Shown piece after piece: positions 1 through 12,385 of a stretch of DNA of 64,000 nt. Below the pieces are notes generated by a model, which had not been told where the DNA came from, made no database searches, and saw only the letters and a program-made list of their open reading frames with translations. A program made the translations under genes and the position numbers. Each line of letters opens with the position of its first letter. Positions within the stretch are counted from its first letter, which is position 1. This DNA is from Callorhinchus milii. Taxonomy: Eukaryota. Where the stretch lies: the NCBI RefSeq assembly GCF_018977255.1, contig NW_024704743.1, positions 19,904,001-19,968,000 on the forward strand, in the 5' to 3' direction.

Positions 1-1475
1 TTTACCACGTCATTGAGACGTCTCAAAGCATTCCATAGAGTATATTGTAAAGTGGATTGACTGTATATTTTGTGGGAGAAACGTTGAATATTTAGTACAA
101 CTACTTCTCTATGTCGCTACTTTTGCAGTGAATGCCATTGACATTCAGTACAAGTACCTCTCTGTTGTAGCCGCTTTTAATGCATGTCATTGACAAGGTT
201 TATGTGGTCTGTTACTTCCAGAAGTGGTTACCAGCCTGCGTAAAGCTGAATAGTATTTACAATGAAATGGTCAACGCATAGCGGTTAGGTGCCATAGAAA
301 GAAAATTAAAATATAGGAAAGGGGGAGGAAGAGGAATGGTAGTGAAATTGCTTCCTCTAATCCTTGCCTTTCCTTACATTCTTAGGTTTCAATATAACAT
401 AAAGTATAAACAAATAAAGGTTAGTGGATGGGTGGAAATGGATAACAAGGCAGCAGTTGTCGAGGGTGCACGACTTCATAAATTTCAAGAGCAAAGCTTG
501 AGCAGTTTATTAGTACCTCGAGTCTCAAGACTGGAATACTCACTTATTACTTTCCCTGCCAGCATTCCTAACATGACACTAAAACACTGCCTGACTGATG
601 GGAGTGGGGGCTAAAATTTAGCGATTTCCAGCTAAATGCTAATGCCGGCATTTTTCAGCGCCCTCTTTGTTTCAGTGCCTAAAACTGCCGCTAAATGCTA
701 GCACCAGTTTTGTAATTGTTTAAATCCTGCAAGTAGAGGATAGACAATAAGCTGTCTTCTGCTTGCAGGATTCAAACCGAGTTAAAGTCAATATCCCTGG
801 CCACTGGAGCCCAGCGAGCACAGTGAAGTGGGGGCGCACAATCCTGGGCTCGCAGAATTTTTTTTTTAATTTATCCTTTTTGAGCCCTGTCCAGCTAGGT
901 TTGAATTCCAGATAATTAGGCCACAAATATATAGTTAATTCACTTTACAGTATATTCTGTGAAGCACTTTGAGACGTCTCAAAGGTGTGATAAGGGGCTA
1001 TATCAAATGCAAGGATTATTATTATTATAACTGGAGTCTGGTAAGCCGTGGCTTTACTGGTGATTGGCTACAGCGTTTCACCCACAAAATACACAGTCAA
1101 TCCACTTTACAATATATTCTGTGAAGCGTTTTGAGACATCTCAACCATTAAAGAGCTATATGAAATGCAAGGATTATTACTTATTATTACTGTGTGTGCA
1201 GTAACTGAGTCATGGTCTTGCATAATGAAACAGAAAGAAAGAATTTTAGGAGTGGTTCTCCAAAGTTTGGCACATTTACAAACCTTGGTGTAAACAAATA
1301 ATAGGATTATTATCAAAAAGTTATCAAGTCGGTGGTGGAAATTAATGAATCTTATAAAATATTTTTTCTCAGTTGATGAATTACAAACCATAATCCAAGT
1401 GCAATTGAACTTTATGGGTTTATTTCTTTGTGTAAATATCACTTATCAAATGCCTCTCTTGTAATAAGACCTACA

Positions 1476-1899
1476 AGGAGAAGTTGAGTTGACTAGGCCT
1501 ATATTCTCTAGAATACAGAAGAATTAGAGGGGATCTTATAGAAACCTATAAGATTCTTAAGGGTCTTGACAGAGTAGATAGTGTGAGGCTGTTTCCCTGG
1601 TTGGAGAATCTAAAACTAGGGTTACAGTCTCAGGATTAAAGGTCAGCCCTTCAGACCTGAGTTGAGAAAACATTTCTTCACTCAAGAGAGTAGTGAATTT
1701 ATGGATGCTCAGTCATTGAACATATTCGAGACTGAGATCAATAGATTTTTTAAAAACTAACGGGATTAAGGGATATGGGGATAGGGCGGGTAAATGGAAT
1801 TAGATTAGAAGATCAGCCATGATCTTATTAAATGCTGGGGCAGGCTCGAAAGGCTGCATGATCTACTCATGCTTCTATTTCTTATGTTCATATGTTCTT
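1476..1899 (+). mobile_element. CR1 LINE 3' fragment
   Basis: ctaggcctatattctctagaatacagaagaattagaggggatcttatagaaac (LGLYSLEYRRIRGDLIE); 3' end gatcagccatgatctta...ttcttatgttcatatgttctta. Confidence 0.85.
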
Positions 1900-3006
1900 A
1901 TAATAATAATCTTGCATTTGATATAGAATCTAACATGTCAGGGGGACATCTCAAAGAGCTTCAGAGGATTTACTGTAAAGTGGAGTGACTGTGGATTTTG
2001 TAGGCAAATTAGGCAGTAAATTTGCACACAGCAATGTCATGAAAGGCCACAAACAGCCATGAAATTAATGTCAATTTTATCCGAGGGACTGTTTGGATTG
2101 GAAAAGTAAATCCAGAACAATATTTTAGGATGCACCAAGACAGTAGAACAATAGGTCATAGGCTTAGAGTTCAAGGAGCAATTTCAGGAATAAGCCAGGA
2201 AGTTTTTCTATACACAGAGGGTAATTAATGACGAACAGGTTATCAGGAAGGGATATTGAGGTGGGGACACAGGACTTATTTAAAAAACAGCTTGACGCTG
2301 TAATGGGAGGACGGGAGAGTGGATATTCTGAGAGGATGAGATCATATGGGCTGAGCGGCATTCTTCATCCGCACTAATCTTGTGATTTTATGAGGTCACC
2401 GAGAAAAACTTCTCTTTTTGAATATTGCCATGGGACCTATAACATCCACTGGAATCCTGCAGCTCAGTGGTTAGAGCACTCGCCTCACAAGCGAGAGGAC
2501 CTGGGTTCGATTCCTACACAGAGCGAAACATTGGGTAAGTGGCATTAATCCACACTCTTAGTAGTTTATTTAGTAGTAAGTAGGAATCCGGTTGTTAGTC
2601 GATTGGCGGATCGCTTTTCCAGCGGTATTAATTCCTTCAAAAAATAATAATAATAATAATTTGGTCACTCAATCCACCACTGTTTGTGGGTCACTGCTGT
2701 GTGCAATTGGCTGCTGCGTTTCGCCCACAAAACAGTTAATTCAATTTACAGTATATTCTGTGAAGCACTTTGAGACGTCTCAAAGACGTGATAAGGCACT
2801 ATATCAAATGCAGGGAATATTATTATTATAAGCAGGCAGACTGTACCTAAGTTTAACATCTTAAACTGAAGGATGCCACCTCCGACAATGCACAACTCTG
2901 CTGGCACTGCACTGGAGTTTCAGCCTATACTGTAAGTTCAAAGTCCCCATGTGAGCTCTAACCCACAGCCTCTTCACCCAGAGGTGACATTGCTACCAAC
3001 CGAGCC
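1900..3006 (-). mobile_element. Old Deu-domain tRNA SINE (SacSINE1-like) interrupted by a CR1 fragment (~2080-2390) and a young SINE (2451-2830)
   Basis: Tail at ~1900-2070, body at ~2400-2450 continuing at 2831-3006 (gtttaacatc...cacctccgacaatgcac...gcactggagtttcagccta...tgctaccaaccgagc). Confidence 0.65.
2451..2830 (+). mobile_element. Young tRNA-derived SINE, long form, full length
   Basis: A box (agctcagtggttagagc), B box (gggttcgattcc), L2-like tail ending in (ATT)n; matches other copies in the window. Confidence 0.85.
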
Positions 3007-3974
3007 TGGTTGAACCCAGCGTGGGATTGATCATACAATCCAAGCTCCATCTCTTACAATAACAAAATCTTTGAAAGACGTTGGCAGATGTGGTTTATTA
3101 ATGTAAAGATTAGAATGCAGAGGGAACCCGTTCTCATTGTCTTTTAGGTCCTTTGGTCATTGAAACTTTCTCCTTTGTTTTTAGTTACGTTATTTTGTTG
3201 GGAGTAAATTTATTTAAACGTTGCTTATGCAGTCTAGCTTTTGATGTTGCCAGTAATTTTCATGGCCCATTAAACTTCAGTATATTTGCACTTGGATGTT
3301 TTGCCTGAAATTAAACAGAACATTAAAAACAAATAAAAACTCACCTTCACAGGATAATAACAACTTGCATTTATATAGCACCCTTCATGTATATTGAATA
3401 CAAAGAACCATGAAGCAAGAGTTGAGTTGTTCCATGAAAACAGGTGAGCTCCGAATTATTAATGCTATCACACTTGCCAGGAGAACTTTATATCATCCCA
3501 AGACTGATAAATGAACTTGCACATCCCAAGAAGGAAATTTACTCCAATGTGCACAGGATTGCACACAACTCATCAAAAAGCAAGCAATATGTATCCCCCT
3601 TTTTTATTTTTTATTCTCACGTCACAAATAATGCAATTCATGGGGGAGAGGATGAGGCATTCAACTGGGAATGCATTTACAGCTCTCCATCGTTTACAAG
3701 GACTAAATTGCAAAATGTTCAAATAAACAGGATTAAATTGTTGTTGCTGCAAAAGGTAATTTATGTGTTTAACTGCCAAAAGGGAAGACAGCGGTGCATT
3801 TGCATTTAAATGATCAAAAACTGCAATCTGCCTGTCAGCATCACTATGTCTGATAAGTAAAATGACTCAATTATTAGTCGGTGCTTCAAAGTAAGAGTAT
3901 AATAATTTGAAGTTTAACAAATAAGATGGATTATTAAGAATACTTTAACAGATTGCAATCTGTGCATTAGTTAG

Positions 3975-5260
3975 AAAACAACTTGCATTTAAATAGTGGA
4001 TTTCATATAAAAGAACATCTCAAATTGCTCAATAAAGTGGTGGACACCAAGCAGAGAAATAATAAAAAGAAACGAGATTTAAAGATGTTGACCAAAGGCA
4101 CAATCAAAGATGTACGTTTTTAGGAGGTTTATGAAGACGGAAATTCAGGTAGAACGGCAAAATGATTTTGGAAGAGACTTCCAGAGGGCAGGATATTGTG
4201 GATGAAAGTTCAGCCGCCTCTTATATAGAAGCAAGGGGAATGCACAACAGACCAGAACAGTAGAACATACGGGATGGAACAATGAGGTAAAGAAGATTTC
4301 CATAGTTTGCAAAAGAACTGTGGAGTAATTTCAACACCAGTACAAGTAGCTTGAACTTTATTGTCTGAAGGTACTAAAAGCCAATACAGTTTGGCAAAAA
4401 TTAGTTTAATAAATGTGATGATCCTTGTGTGAGAGAGAACACAGACTGCAGAATTCTGGATCACTTAAAGCTTTTGGGAGGCTGGAGCTACGGAGACTGG
4501 CAAGGAAAACATGGAAATATCTATCCTTAAGATAACATAGACAGGGATAAGCGTTTCAGCAACAGTGCAAGTAAGGTAAGGTATAGGTGACGTTCTTGTG
4601 GAAGTGGAGGAAAGCAGATTTTGAGACTGACTGAATGTTGGGTTTGCAACTCAGCTGAGGATCAAAAGCTGAACACCAACACTATATATACACCAACTGG
4701 TTCAGTCTGAGTAAACAACCAGGAAAGCTAATCAAACTAGTCACATAGTTGCAGGGGAGAACCAAACAAGATGGATTCAATCCTGTTGACAGTCAGTTAC
4801 AGAAAGTTAGATCTTATCCAGGATTTACTAGCAGACAGCCATGGATTAGAACAGCAAGAGTCCTGGAATCAAAGGTAGTAGTTCAGGTAGAGTTGAGTAT
4901 CAGCAACACACACTGAAACTAATCACATGGTTATGGAAGCTGCTATGACAAATCAGTATCCACATTGAAATCTAGGAGACGACCAAGGATAGAGCCCTGT
5001 GGTGTACCAGTGGGCACAAGATAAGGAGCCACTGTATTGGAAGTAGTGAATGTGTTGCGACAGGTTGGAATGGAACAATGAAAGTGCAACGGTCAACTTT
5101 GAAGGTAGCAAACAGGTTGGGGATATGAAGAGGGACAGTGTGTTATGTGGTCACAGTGACACAATGTCAACTTTGACTAGGATGGTCTAAATGGTATGAG
5201 TGGAGCAAAAACCTGACTGGAATGTGTCAAACAGGGAACCAAACAACATCCCAGAGACCT
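3975..5260 (-). mobile_element. Old, diverged L2 LINE 3' fragment
   Basis: Tail acaacttgcatttaaatagtg followed by decayed ORF2 sequence (IQNSA motif; reverse complement of caaggatagagccctgtggtgtacc gives a GxPQGSIL-like motif). Confidence 0.65.
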
Positions 5261-5857
5261 ATAGATTTTTTAAATTTTAAATCAATGGTGCAGTCAGATT
5301 ATGAGAACACCCCTCCTCCCTGGAACAACATTGAAATCAAGCCAGCAGTCCTGACCATAACTCTACCTGCCTAAAAAGTCAATAGGCCTGAAATTGTACA
5401 TAATCTTAGCCGGAATGAATATATGCGGGAATTTAAATTGAAATAGCCTCTTTTGACGACAATATTGTTTGATGATGGCATTGTTAGACAATTCTATATC
5501 AATCTATTAAATTGCTCTGTAAAATAACAATGACATTTTTGATTTTCTTCTTCATCAACAAGTTTAATAGAATTTTAAAATGTTCAAAACCCCTCCTGGA
5601 ATTGCTAACTTTGTGATGGCTTAATCATCTACTGTCGCAACAGTGCCAACTAGAGAGAGCTGAGAGATGCATGGACTGTCATGCTTGAGCAAGTCAAAGA
5701 AAAAGAAAAAAAGGAAATGAAGGAACACTGCCAGCAGTAATACTGTTTTGAATGCTTAAAGATGTTTACGATGTCTTCTGCTCCACTAGCACCAAATGTT
5801 CTGAGTACTGCCCAAAGAGTAGAACTTAGGTTTTGAGAACTACAATTTGAATCTGAC

Positions 5858-6035
5858 TTAATAATAATAATCCTTGCATTTGATATAGTGCCTTATCACG
5901 TTGTTCAGACGTCACAAAGACTTCACAGAATATATTGTAAAGTGAATTGACTGTGTATTTTGTGGATGTAACGTAGCAGCCAATTATGTACAACAAACAG
6001 TCGTGAATTGAGTAACCAATTTTTTGTTGTTTTGG
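5858..6035 (-). mobile_element. 3' half of young SINE
   Basis: (AAT)n-ccttgcatttgatatagtgccttatcacg...gtaaagtgaattgactg, matching the full-length copies. Confidence 0.85.
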
Positions 6036-6324
6036 AAGGATTCTTTCAGGCCACAAGTGAGAATGAGGCAAATCAACTGATGCTTGAACTCAACTTTTTC
6101 AACCCCAAGAACTGGACTGAATTGTATCTGCATCACATCCCTGAGCCTGAGGCTGGCTGAAATCTTCCTTCTTCTCTCTGCAACTTCGAAACACATTAAT
6201 AAATGAGATGATAGTCAATAGTATCATCAGGAGGATGTCTCAAAGCGCTTCACAGGAATTCTTATAAAGTTAAATAAATGTGTATGTTGTAGGCAAATGT
6301 GGCAGCAAATTTACACAATGCAAT

Positions 6325-7049
6325 ATAAGCTGATGGTACAATCTTAAACGGGGTGAAGGAACAGAGAAACCTGGGGGTTCACATAAGTAAATCTTTGAAG
6401 GTGGCAGGAAAGGTAGATAAAGCTGTTAAAGAAGCATACCGGATACTAGGCTTTATAAATAGGGGCATAGAATACAGAAGTCAGGAATTTATGATGAACA
6501 AAGTACTGGTTAGGCCTCAGCTAGAGTACTGTGTTCAGCTCTGGGCACCACACTTTAGGAAGGATGTCAAGGCATTGGAGAGATTTACCAGGGTGATACC
6601 AGGAATGAGGGACTTCAGTTATCAGGAGGGACTAGAGAAGCTAGGATTATTCTCCTTGGAGCAGAGAAGGTTAAGAGGAGACTTAATAGAAGTTTTCAAA
6701 ATTATGAGGGGATTCAATAGAGTGAACAAGGAGAAACTATTTCCACTGGCGGGTGGGTCGGTCACCCACGGACACCGATTAAAATAGTTGTTAAAAGACA
6801 TAGAGGGAAGGTGAGGAGAAATTTTTTCACACAGCGAGTTGTTCGGATCTGGAATGCATTGCCTGAAAGGGTGATGGAAGTCGATTCGATAACAACTTTT
6901 AAGAGAGTAGATAATTATTTGGGGAGGACAAGTTTGCAGGGCTATGGGGAGAGAGCGGGGGAGTGGGATTGAATTGGATAGCTCTTTTCAAAGAGCCAGC
7001 ACAGATACGATGGGCCGAATGGCCACCTTCTATGCTGTATAATTTTATC
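6325..7049 (+). mobile_element. CR1 LINE 3' fragment (ORF2 C-terminus and 3'UTR)
   Basis: ORF 6353-6787 has LVRPQLEYCVQLWAPH and LGLFSLEQRRLRGDLIEVFKI; typical 3' end gatgggccgaatggccaccttctatgctgta. Confidence 0.92.
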
Positions 7050-7805
7050 TGGGGAAGGGTTGTTGCAAAGACATAGTAACAAACTTTGTTCTCTTTTCCA
7101 ACACACAAATATCGCATCCAACTTCTGGTTTTATTTGCACAATTAAAATAGCCTGTCAACAAAATTGTTCTCGTTGACAAAATTAAATTTTGATTCTACC
7201 CAGGCATAAATACATTAATCCAGGCAGATTGTTAATGTTAAATCTTTAACATTTAATGTTCAATCTTTAATGTAATGTTAAATCTTTCAGAAACTAATTA
7301 AATTAATAAATGTTTCAATAAATGTGGAATTAGCTTTAGTTTCTGTAAATTATACCTCAGAAATGTTCACCCATGATATTAACCATTTTCGTGGTAGTAA
7401 AGTCAATAGTATATAAATCACCAAGAAGCCTGTAACTATAAAATCAATAAAGTGATTTAAATCATCACCTTATCACCTAAGCCTGAGCGTAGCTAGGCAT
7501 CATGTAAACAGACAGTCGTTTTCTGATCAATGAAATCCAGCAACAAAATTACCTACTATATCTCTTCCTTCGTAAATATTTTCTTTGATCTGGTTGATAA
7601 GCTGTCAGTATTTTTCCTTTAAACCGTTTAAAACCCTTTCAACCTAAGGTTTGTCAATTGTAAAAAGATGTGAGCGATTGTCAGTTTCGTCAATTATAAT
7701 TCAAAATACATTTTGAACATTAATAATAATAATCCTTGCATTTAATATAACGCTTTTTCACATCTTCGAGACGTTTCAAAGTGCTTCACAGACAATACTC
7801 AAAAG

Positions 7806-8070
7806 TGAAAACAAAATCAGAAGTCGCTGGGAGCACTCAGCAGGTCGGGCAGCATCTATGGAAAAAGGAAAAGCGAATCAATGTTTCGCATCCACGACTC
7901 TTCGTCAGAACTGAGGGCTGAGGGTTTGAGTTCTGACGAAGGGTCTGGACCCGAAACATTGACTCACTTTCCTTTCTCCATAGATGCTGCCTGACCTGCT
8001 GAGTGTTCCCAGCGACTTCTGTTTTTTGTTTTCAGATTTCCAGCATCTGCAGTATTTTGTGTTTTGTTCT
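7806..8070. mobile_element. Penelope-like element remnant: ~105-bp inverted repeat with hammerhead-like cores, inserted in a SINE tail
   Basis: 7806-7912 is the reverse complement of 7929-8034; CTGACGA...GAAA core on each arm; the interrupted SINE tail (7721-7807) resumes at ~8071. Confidence 0.7.
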
Positions 8071-11000
8071 ATGCTCTAAAGAAAATTGACTATACATTTT
8101 GACTGTACATTTTATAAGCTAAACTGAATCAAACTGCCCTGAGAAAAGTGACTGAATGAGTACTGAGACATAATGATGGATTGGAAAAACTGTTCTTCTC
8201 GATGGTTTACCTGTAAAATTCACAACCTTTCCTTTAGCTTCAAGGGGAAGGAAAACTGTGGTAACTTGCCTTTACTTGTTTTCTAAAGCTGGAAGCTGGT
8301 GTATAAATTCCACAGCATCTGTAAAGCAATCAACAAAAATGTTTTAGACAAAATTGCTGCCACACAACAAAACATGCACGAAACCTGCGTATTCTGGCTG
8401 AGTAATAGCAACAGAAGACATCACTTCCAGCGTGCTCCAGTGAATGGATTTTCCAATATCCAGGACATTTCGACGATTGAAGCCCTGCAATGCCACTTAA
8501 AAAAATACCCTTTAAAGAGCATTGCAAAGCTTCTTTTGCAACAGACTGGTTGTCAGAACTTGTGTAGATACAAATGACACTGACTGTTCTATTTAAGTTC
8601 AAAGAGCACTATTTTTCTCGACACTTGTGGTGGTGGTGGTGGTTGGGGTGGGGGGAGTGACTATAGCTTGATGGATAAGACACCTGTGAAGGTGATTCTT
8701 CATGGCTGTAATTGTTCCAAACGATAGCTGTGAAGCACTGCTGCATTCTGCTCAGCCCACCCAGATTCTAAATTGTTTTGGATCATAAAGTTTTTTAAGA
8801 GAGATAATGGAGTTCTCTGTCAGGAAATTTTAAAGGTGTTAAAAAAGGTTGTTGGTGCAAACATTGTCAAGCTAAATGCAATGCAATGCCTCTGACTATC
8901 ATTACATCGTCACTGTGACTCCTGGCTTTATTTTCCAATAAAGCTGGGCCTGACTTTATTTTCCAATAAACACTGAAAACGCCTGCTGAGAGCAGTTTTT
9001 AATAATTTCTTATTCCCTACATAGAACAATGCAATATTTCCCCTACTGAGCTGGTAGATACAACAAGAGCAACCTAATGTTCTATTTATGCTTTGCTTTT
9101 TGAATCGATTTAGTGAAACAAAGCTATGTTAAATCCACAGCAGAAAGGATGGACAAAGCCCACAAACCCCCATTTCAACAACAACTTCCTCTTTGACCTT
9201 GCTTACGGTTACCTCCTCTCGCCACCCACCCCCCCCTCCCCACACCGGCTCAGCATCAGGCTCCGCTGCTGTTTAACTCTCCAAGATGCTGCCTCGCTTG
9301 AAGGGTGCTGTGTAATTGCAAGTTGCTGTTGCTTCCAGCGCCTTGGGACGTCCTCCAAATGTGAAAGGCGCTATACAAATGTAATTTTGTTGTTGTTGTT
9401 GAAATAGTCCGATAAACATTCTTGGGTAGTCTGATTACATCGCCCTCAAGAATTTATCACATTATCAGCACTTTAACAAAAAGTAAACTGCGTTCACCAC
9501 CCGTTAAAGAAGCTTAGCACACATAACCTCAAAAGTAATTTTGGAGCAGGAAATAAGTCGATTTTGAGACATCTTGAGGATATGTTATATCTATATCAAA
9601 TGCAAGGATTGTTATTATTATTATTATTATCATATTTAGCAGTGAATCGTTGGAAGTGATTTCAGATTGTTTCCAGCAGTACAATTGGGGTGGAAATCAT
9701 CAATACAAACCTTGAACTGTAAATGACCAAAATACATCTTGTATTCTTACAATTGATTCAAAATAGCTAAATTAAATCCAGATTTCAAGATGCTGGATAT
9801 TTCCAGGAAAATGTTTCATGCAAAATAATTTTAAAATGAGAGCCTACTGATAAAGGAATATAAAACTATCTGTTCTACTGTGGTAATACACTACCATCAG
9901 AGTACTTTGAAAGTACGAAGGCGACAACAAAATGGCTTTTAATTTATTTTTAATTCTCAAGGATAATTAATCAAGGTGCTTATTTGAATTCCAGTAGAAG
10001 AAACTTATGCACAAATTTGTGGCTTAGTCATGCAATAAATCTAGGGATTTCACAACCTGGTCCAAGAGGTTTCAATTCCTGTTAATCATGGACAAACTAC
10101 AACAATAACAACTTGCACTTGTATAGCCCGTCCACACAAGGTAGTATCTCAATTATTATTGGCAACATGTGCTACACATGACATTTTTTCACATCATATT
10201 GCAAAATACTGCAGTTGCCTTTTTTCTCTCCTCCACGGCTTACAAGAAAAGGATAAAATTAGAACATTTGCTGTATAGCACCATATTGTCTGGACAAAGA
10301 GGATTGACCAATGTCTTACAACGGTGCTTGGAATCTCCCAGTGACAAGGGCATTCAAGGTTGCTGTTACCAGAAGCAGTTCAGTTGCTACAGTTGTTTGA
10401 AAAAAGATTTCCTCCTCCGACAAACAAGACACATCAATTAGTGTGGCCCTGATGATTTTTTTTAGTCAGTCAGTTATCTGACAAATGTGGAAACCCATCA
10501 ACATGCTTAAAAGTCTCCAAAATACTGAGATTTCCAGATTTGTATGGCTTTCTATATGGAGGGGCCTCACTCTTTCTCTGAGGAACTGCCTGTTTTCCAA
10601 ATCACAGAAAATTAGGTGGATCAACAACAGCTTCCATTTATATAGGCGCAAGTTGACAAAGGGCATGATTTGGGAATCCCAGTGTGTTCATTGGGGTACG
10701 TCTGCAGTTTAAGCAGCTTAACCACACATCTTACCACTGCAAAGAATAATAATAATAATCCTTGCATTTGAAATAGTGACTTATCAGGGATTTGGCTTGC
10801 AGTGTTAATAGAACCAAGTCAGAATAATCCCTGGCCACAGCATAGCCCTACAAGTCCACCATCACCAGTGCCCTGGAGCACTGTGAACTAGCTCTGTTCC
10901 AAGCAGTATGGTCACTGGTTGGACATTTCAATTCGTATTTTTAAAACGGAGATAGATAACAACAACTAAAACTTGGATTTATATAGCGCTCTCCACGCCG

Positions 11001-11959
11001 GATGGCGTCTCAGAGCACTTCGAATAGGTAATTGTTAGGTCAGGGCATTAAGAGATATGGAGCAAGAGCAAGTAACTGGACTTGAGGTACAGATCAGCCA
11101 TGATCTTATAAAATGGTGGAACAGGCTCAAGCGGCTGACATTATTCTGATCTAAACGTTTTTGCTGAACTCAATTTTTCATTCCCGATTTGCTATTTTCC
11201 TTTTTTTCTCTCTGCACTTCCATTGCAGTTAGTTGTGCCTTCAAAGGTTTTCCTGATAATTAACCACTTCATTTTCATGAATGATTTTTATGCATTGCAA
11301 AAATATTCTGCATTAGCCACTTATTCGAATCAAGATTTAAAACATAAATATGGCTTTTCAGTTACAAAATCTGTCAAATCTTAACGCTGGTCTTATTGTC
11401 AAGGATCATAAGCTTCAGAAAAATTGCTCTAATTTTGTTAATGTTCTGAGTGGCTCCCATCTCTTTGTAGTTTTCTTTGAAGTAAAAATGGTTATTACAG
11501 CCTTGGAGGGCAATACCATTCTAATTATCATAGCTTGTTAACTAAAAGGTCACATACTAATAAGGTGAAGCCGATGTCTGACAAATGCTAGCTCCTGAAA
11601 GGGGTTTAGATTACAGGAGTAACATTTTTATTTTATTTGGCATTAAACTGATGGAGCTTCTTTATCATTACCCGTTCTGGAAATGGAAAGTCAAAATACA
11701 GGAAAGAAAATCAGCAGGGAAAACATTAATTCTAAAATTACTTTCCCTAGCTTGAAATGAACTCATTCAGAAATTAAAAGTTTTAAACAAATAGTGGTAA
11801 AACTTCCATTTCCCCCAGTAAGTGATTTAAAAAAAATAGAAATCATCTAAGGTAGCTTAGTAGGTTTAGGACTCAGAGGTTCTGGGTTTGAATTTCAATG
11901 AGTCCACTCAGCTCTTTCCTTTTTCGACCCTTGTTTACAAATATTCTCCCGTGGAGGGT

Positions 11960-12385
11960 AAAAGTTGGTAGCACTCTCACCTTCGAGTCAAAAGGTTGTG
12001 AGTTTGAGCACCACATCAGGACTTTGAACTCACGTGATCTAGGCTGACACTCCAGTGAAGTTCTGGAGGTGCGATGCACTGTTGGAAGTACCGATATAAG
12101 AACAAGATGTTAAACGAAAGTCCGCCTGTTCTAGTGAGTGCTAAAGATTCCAGGGCACACTAGATAGAGAAGGGAGTTTCTCCCAGTGTCCCAGCCAAAC
12201 TAAATGAAATAGAATTTAGCCCACATCAAACAATTTGCGACATAGAGTAAACTGGTTACTCCAGATTAACACTCCTCACTCCAAATTACAAAATACAATC
12301 ATTACGGTAAATCCTGTGAAGCACTTTGAGACATCCCCCAGATTTGAAAGGTGTTATATCAATTGTAAAGATTATTTTTATTTAA
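11960..12385 (+). mobile_element. Old Deu-domain tRNA SINE, degraded
   Basis: agttggtagcactctcacc head; ctaggctgacactccagtg...gatgttaaac...agggagtttctcccagtgtcc body; L2-like tail at ~12310-12385. Confidence 0.65.

Noticed and set aside
7231..7288. Three copies of taatgtt(a/c)aatcttt
   Set aside because: Ordinary AT-rich slippage minisatellite.
8626..8656. G-quadruplex-like (GGT)n/G-run, and G-rich tracts at ~24890, 25610, 51750
   Set aside because: Simple repeat or standard L2 3'UTR composition.
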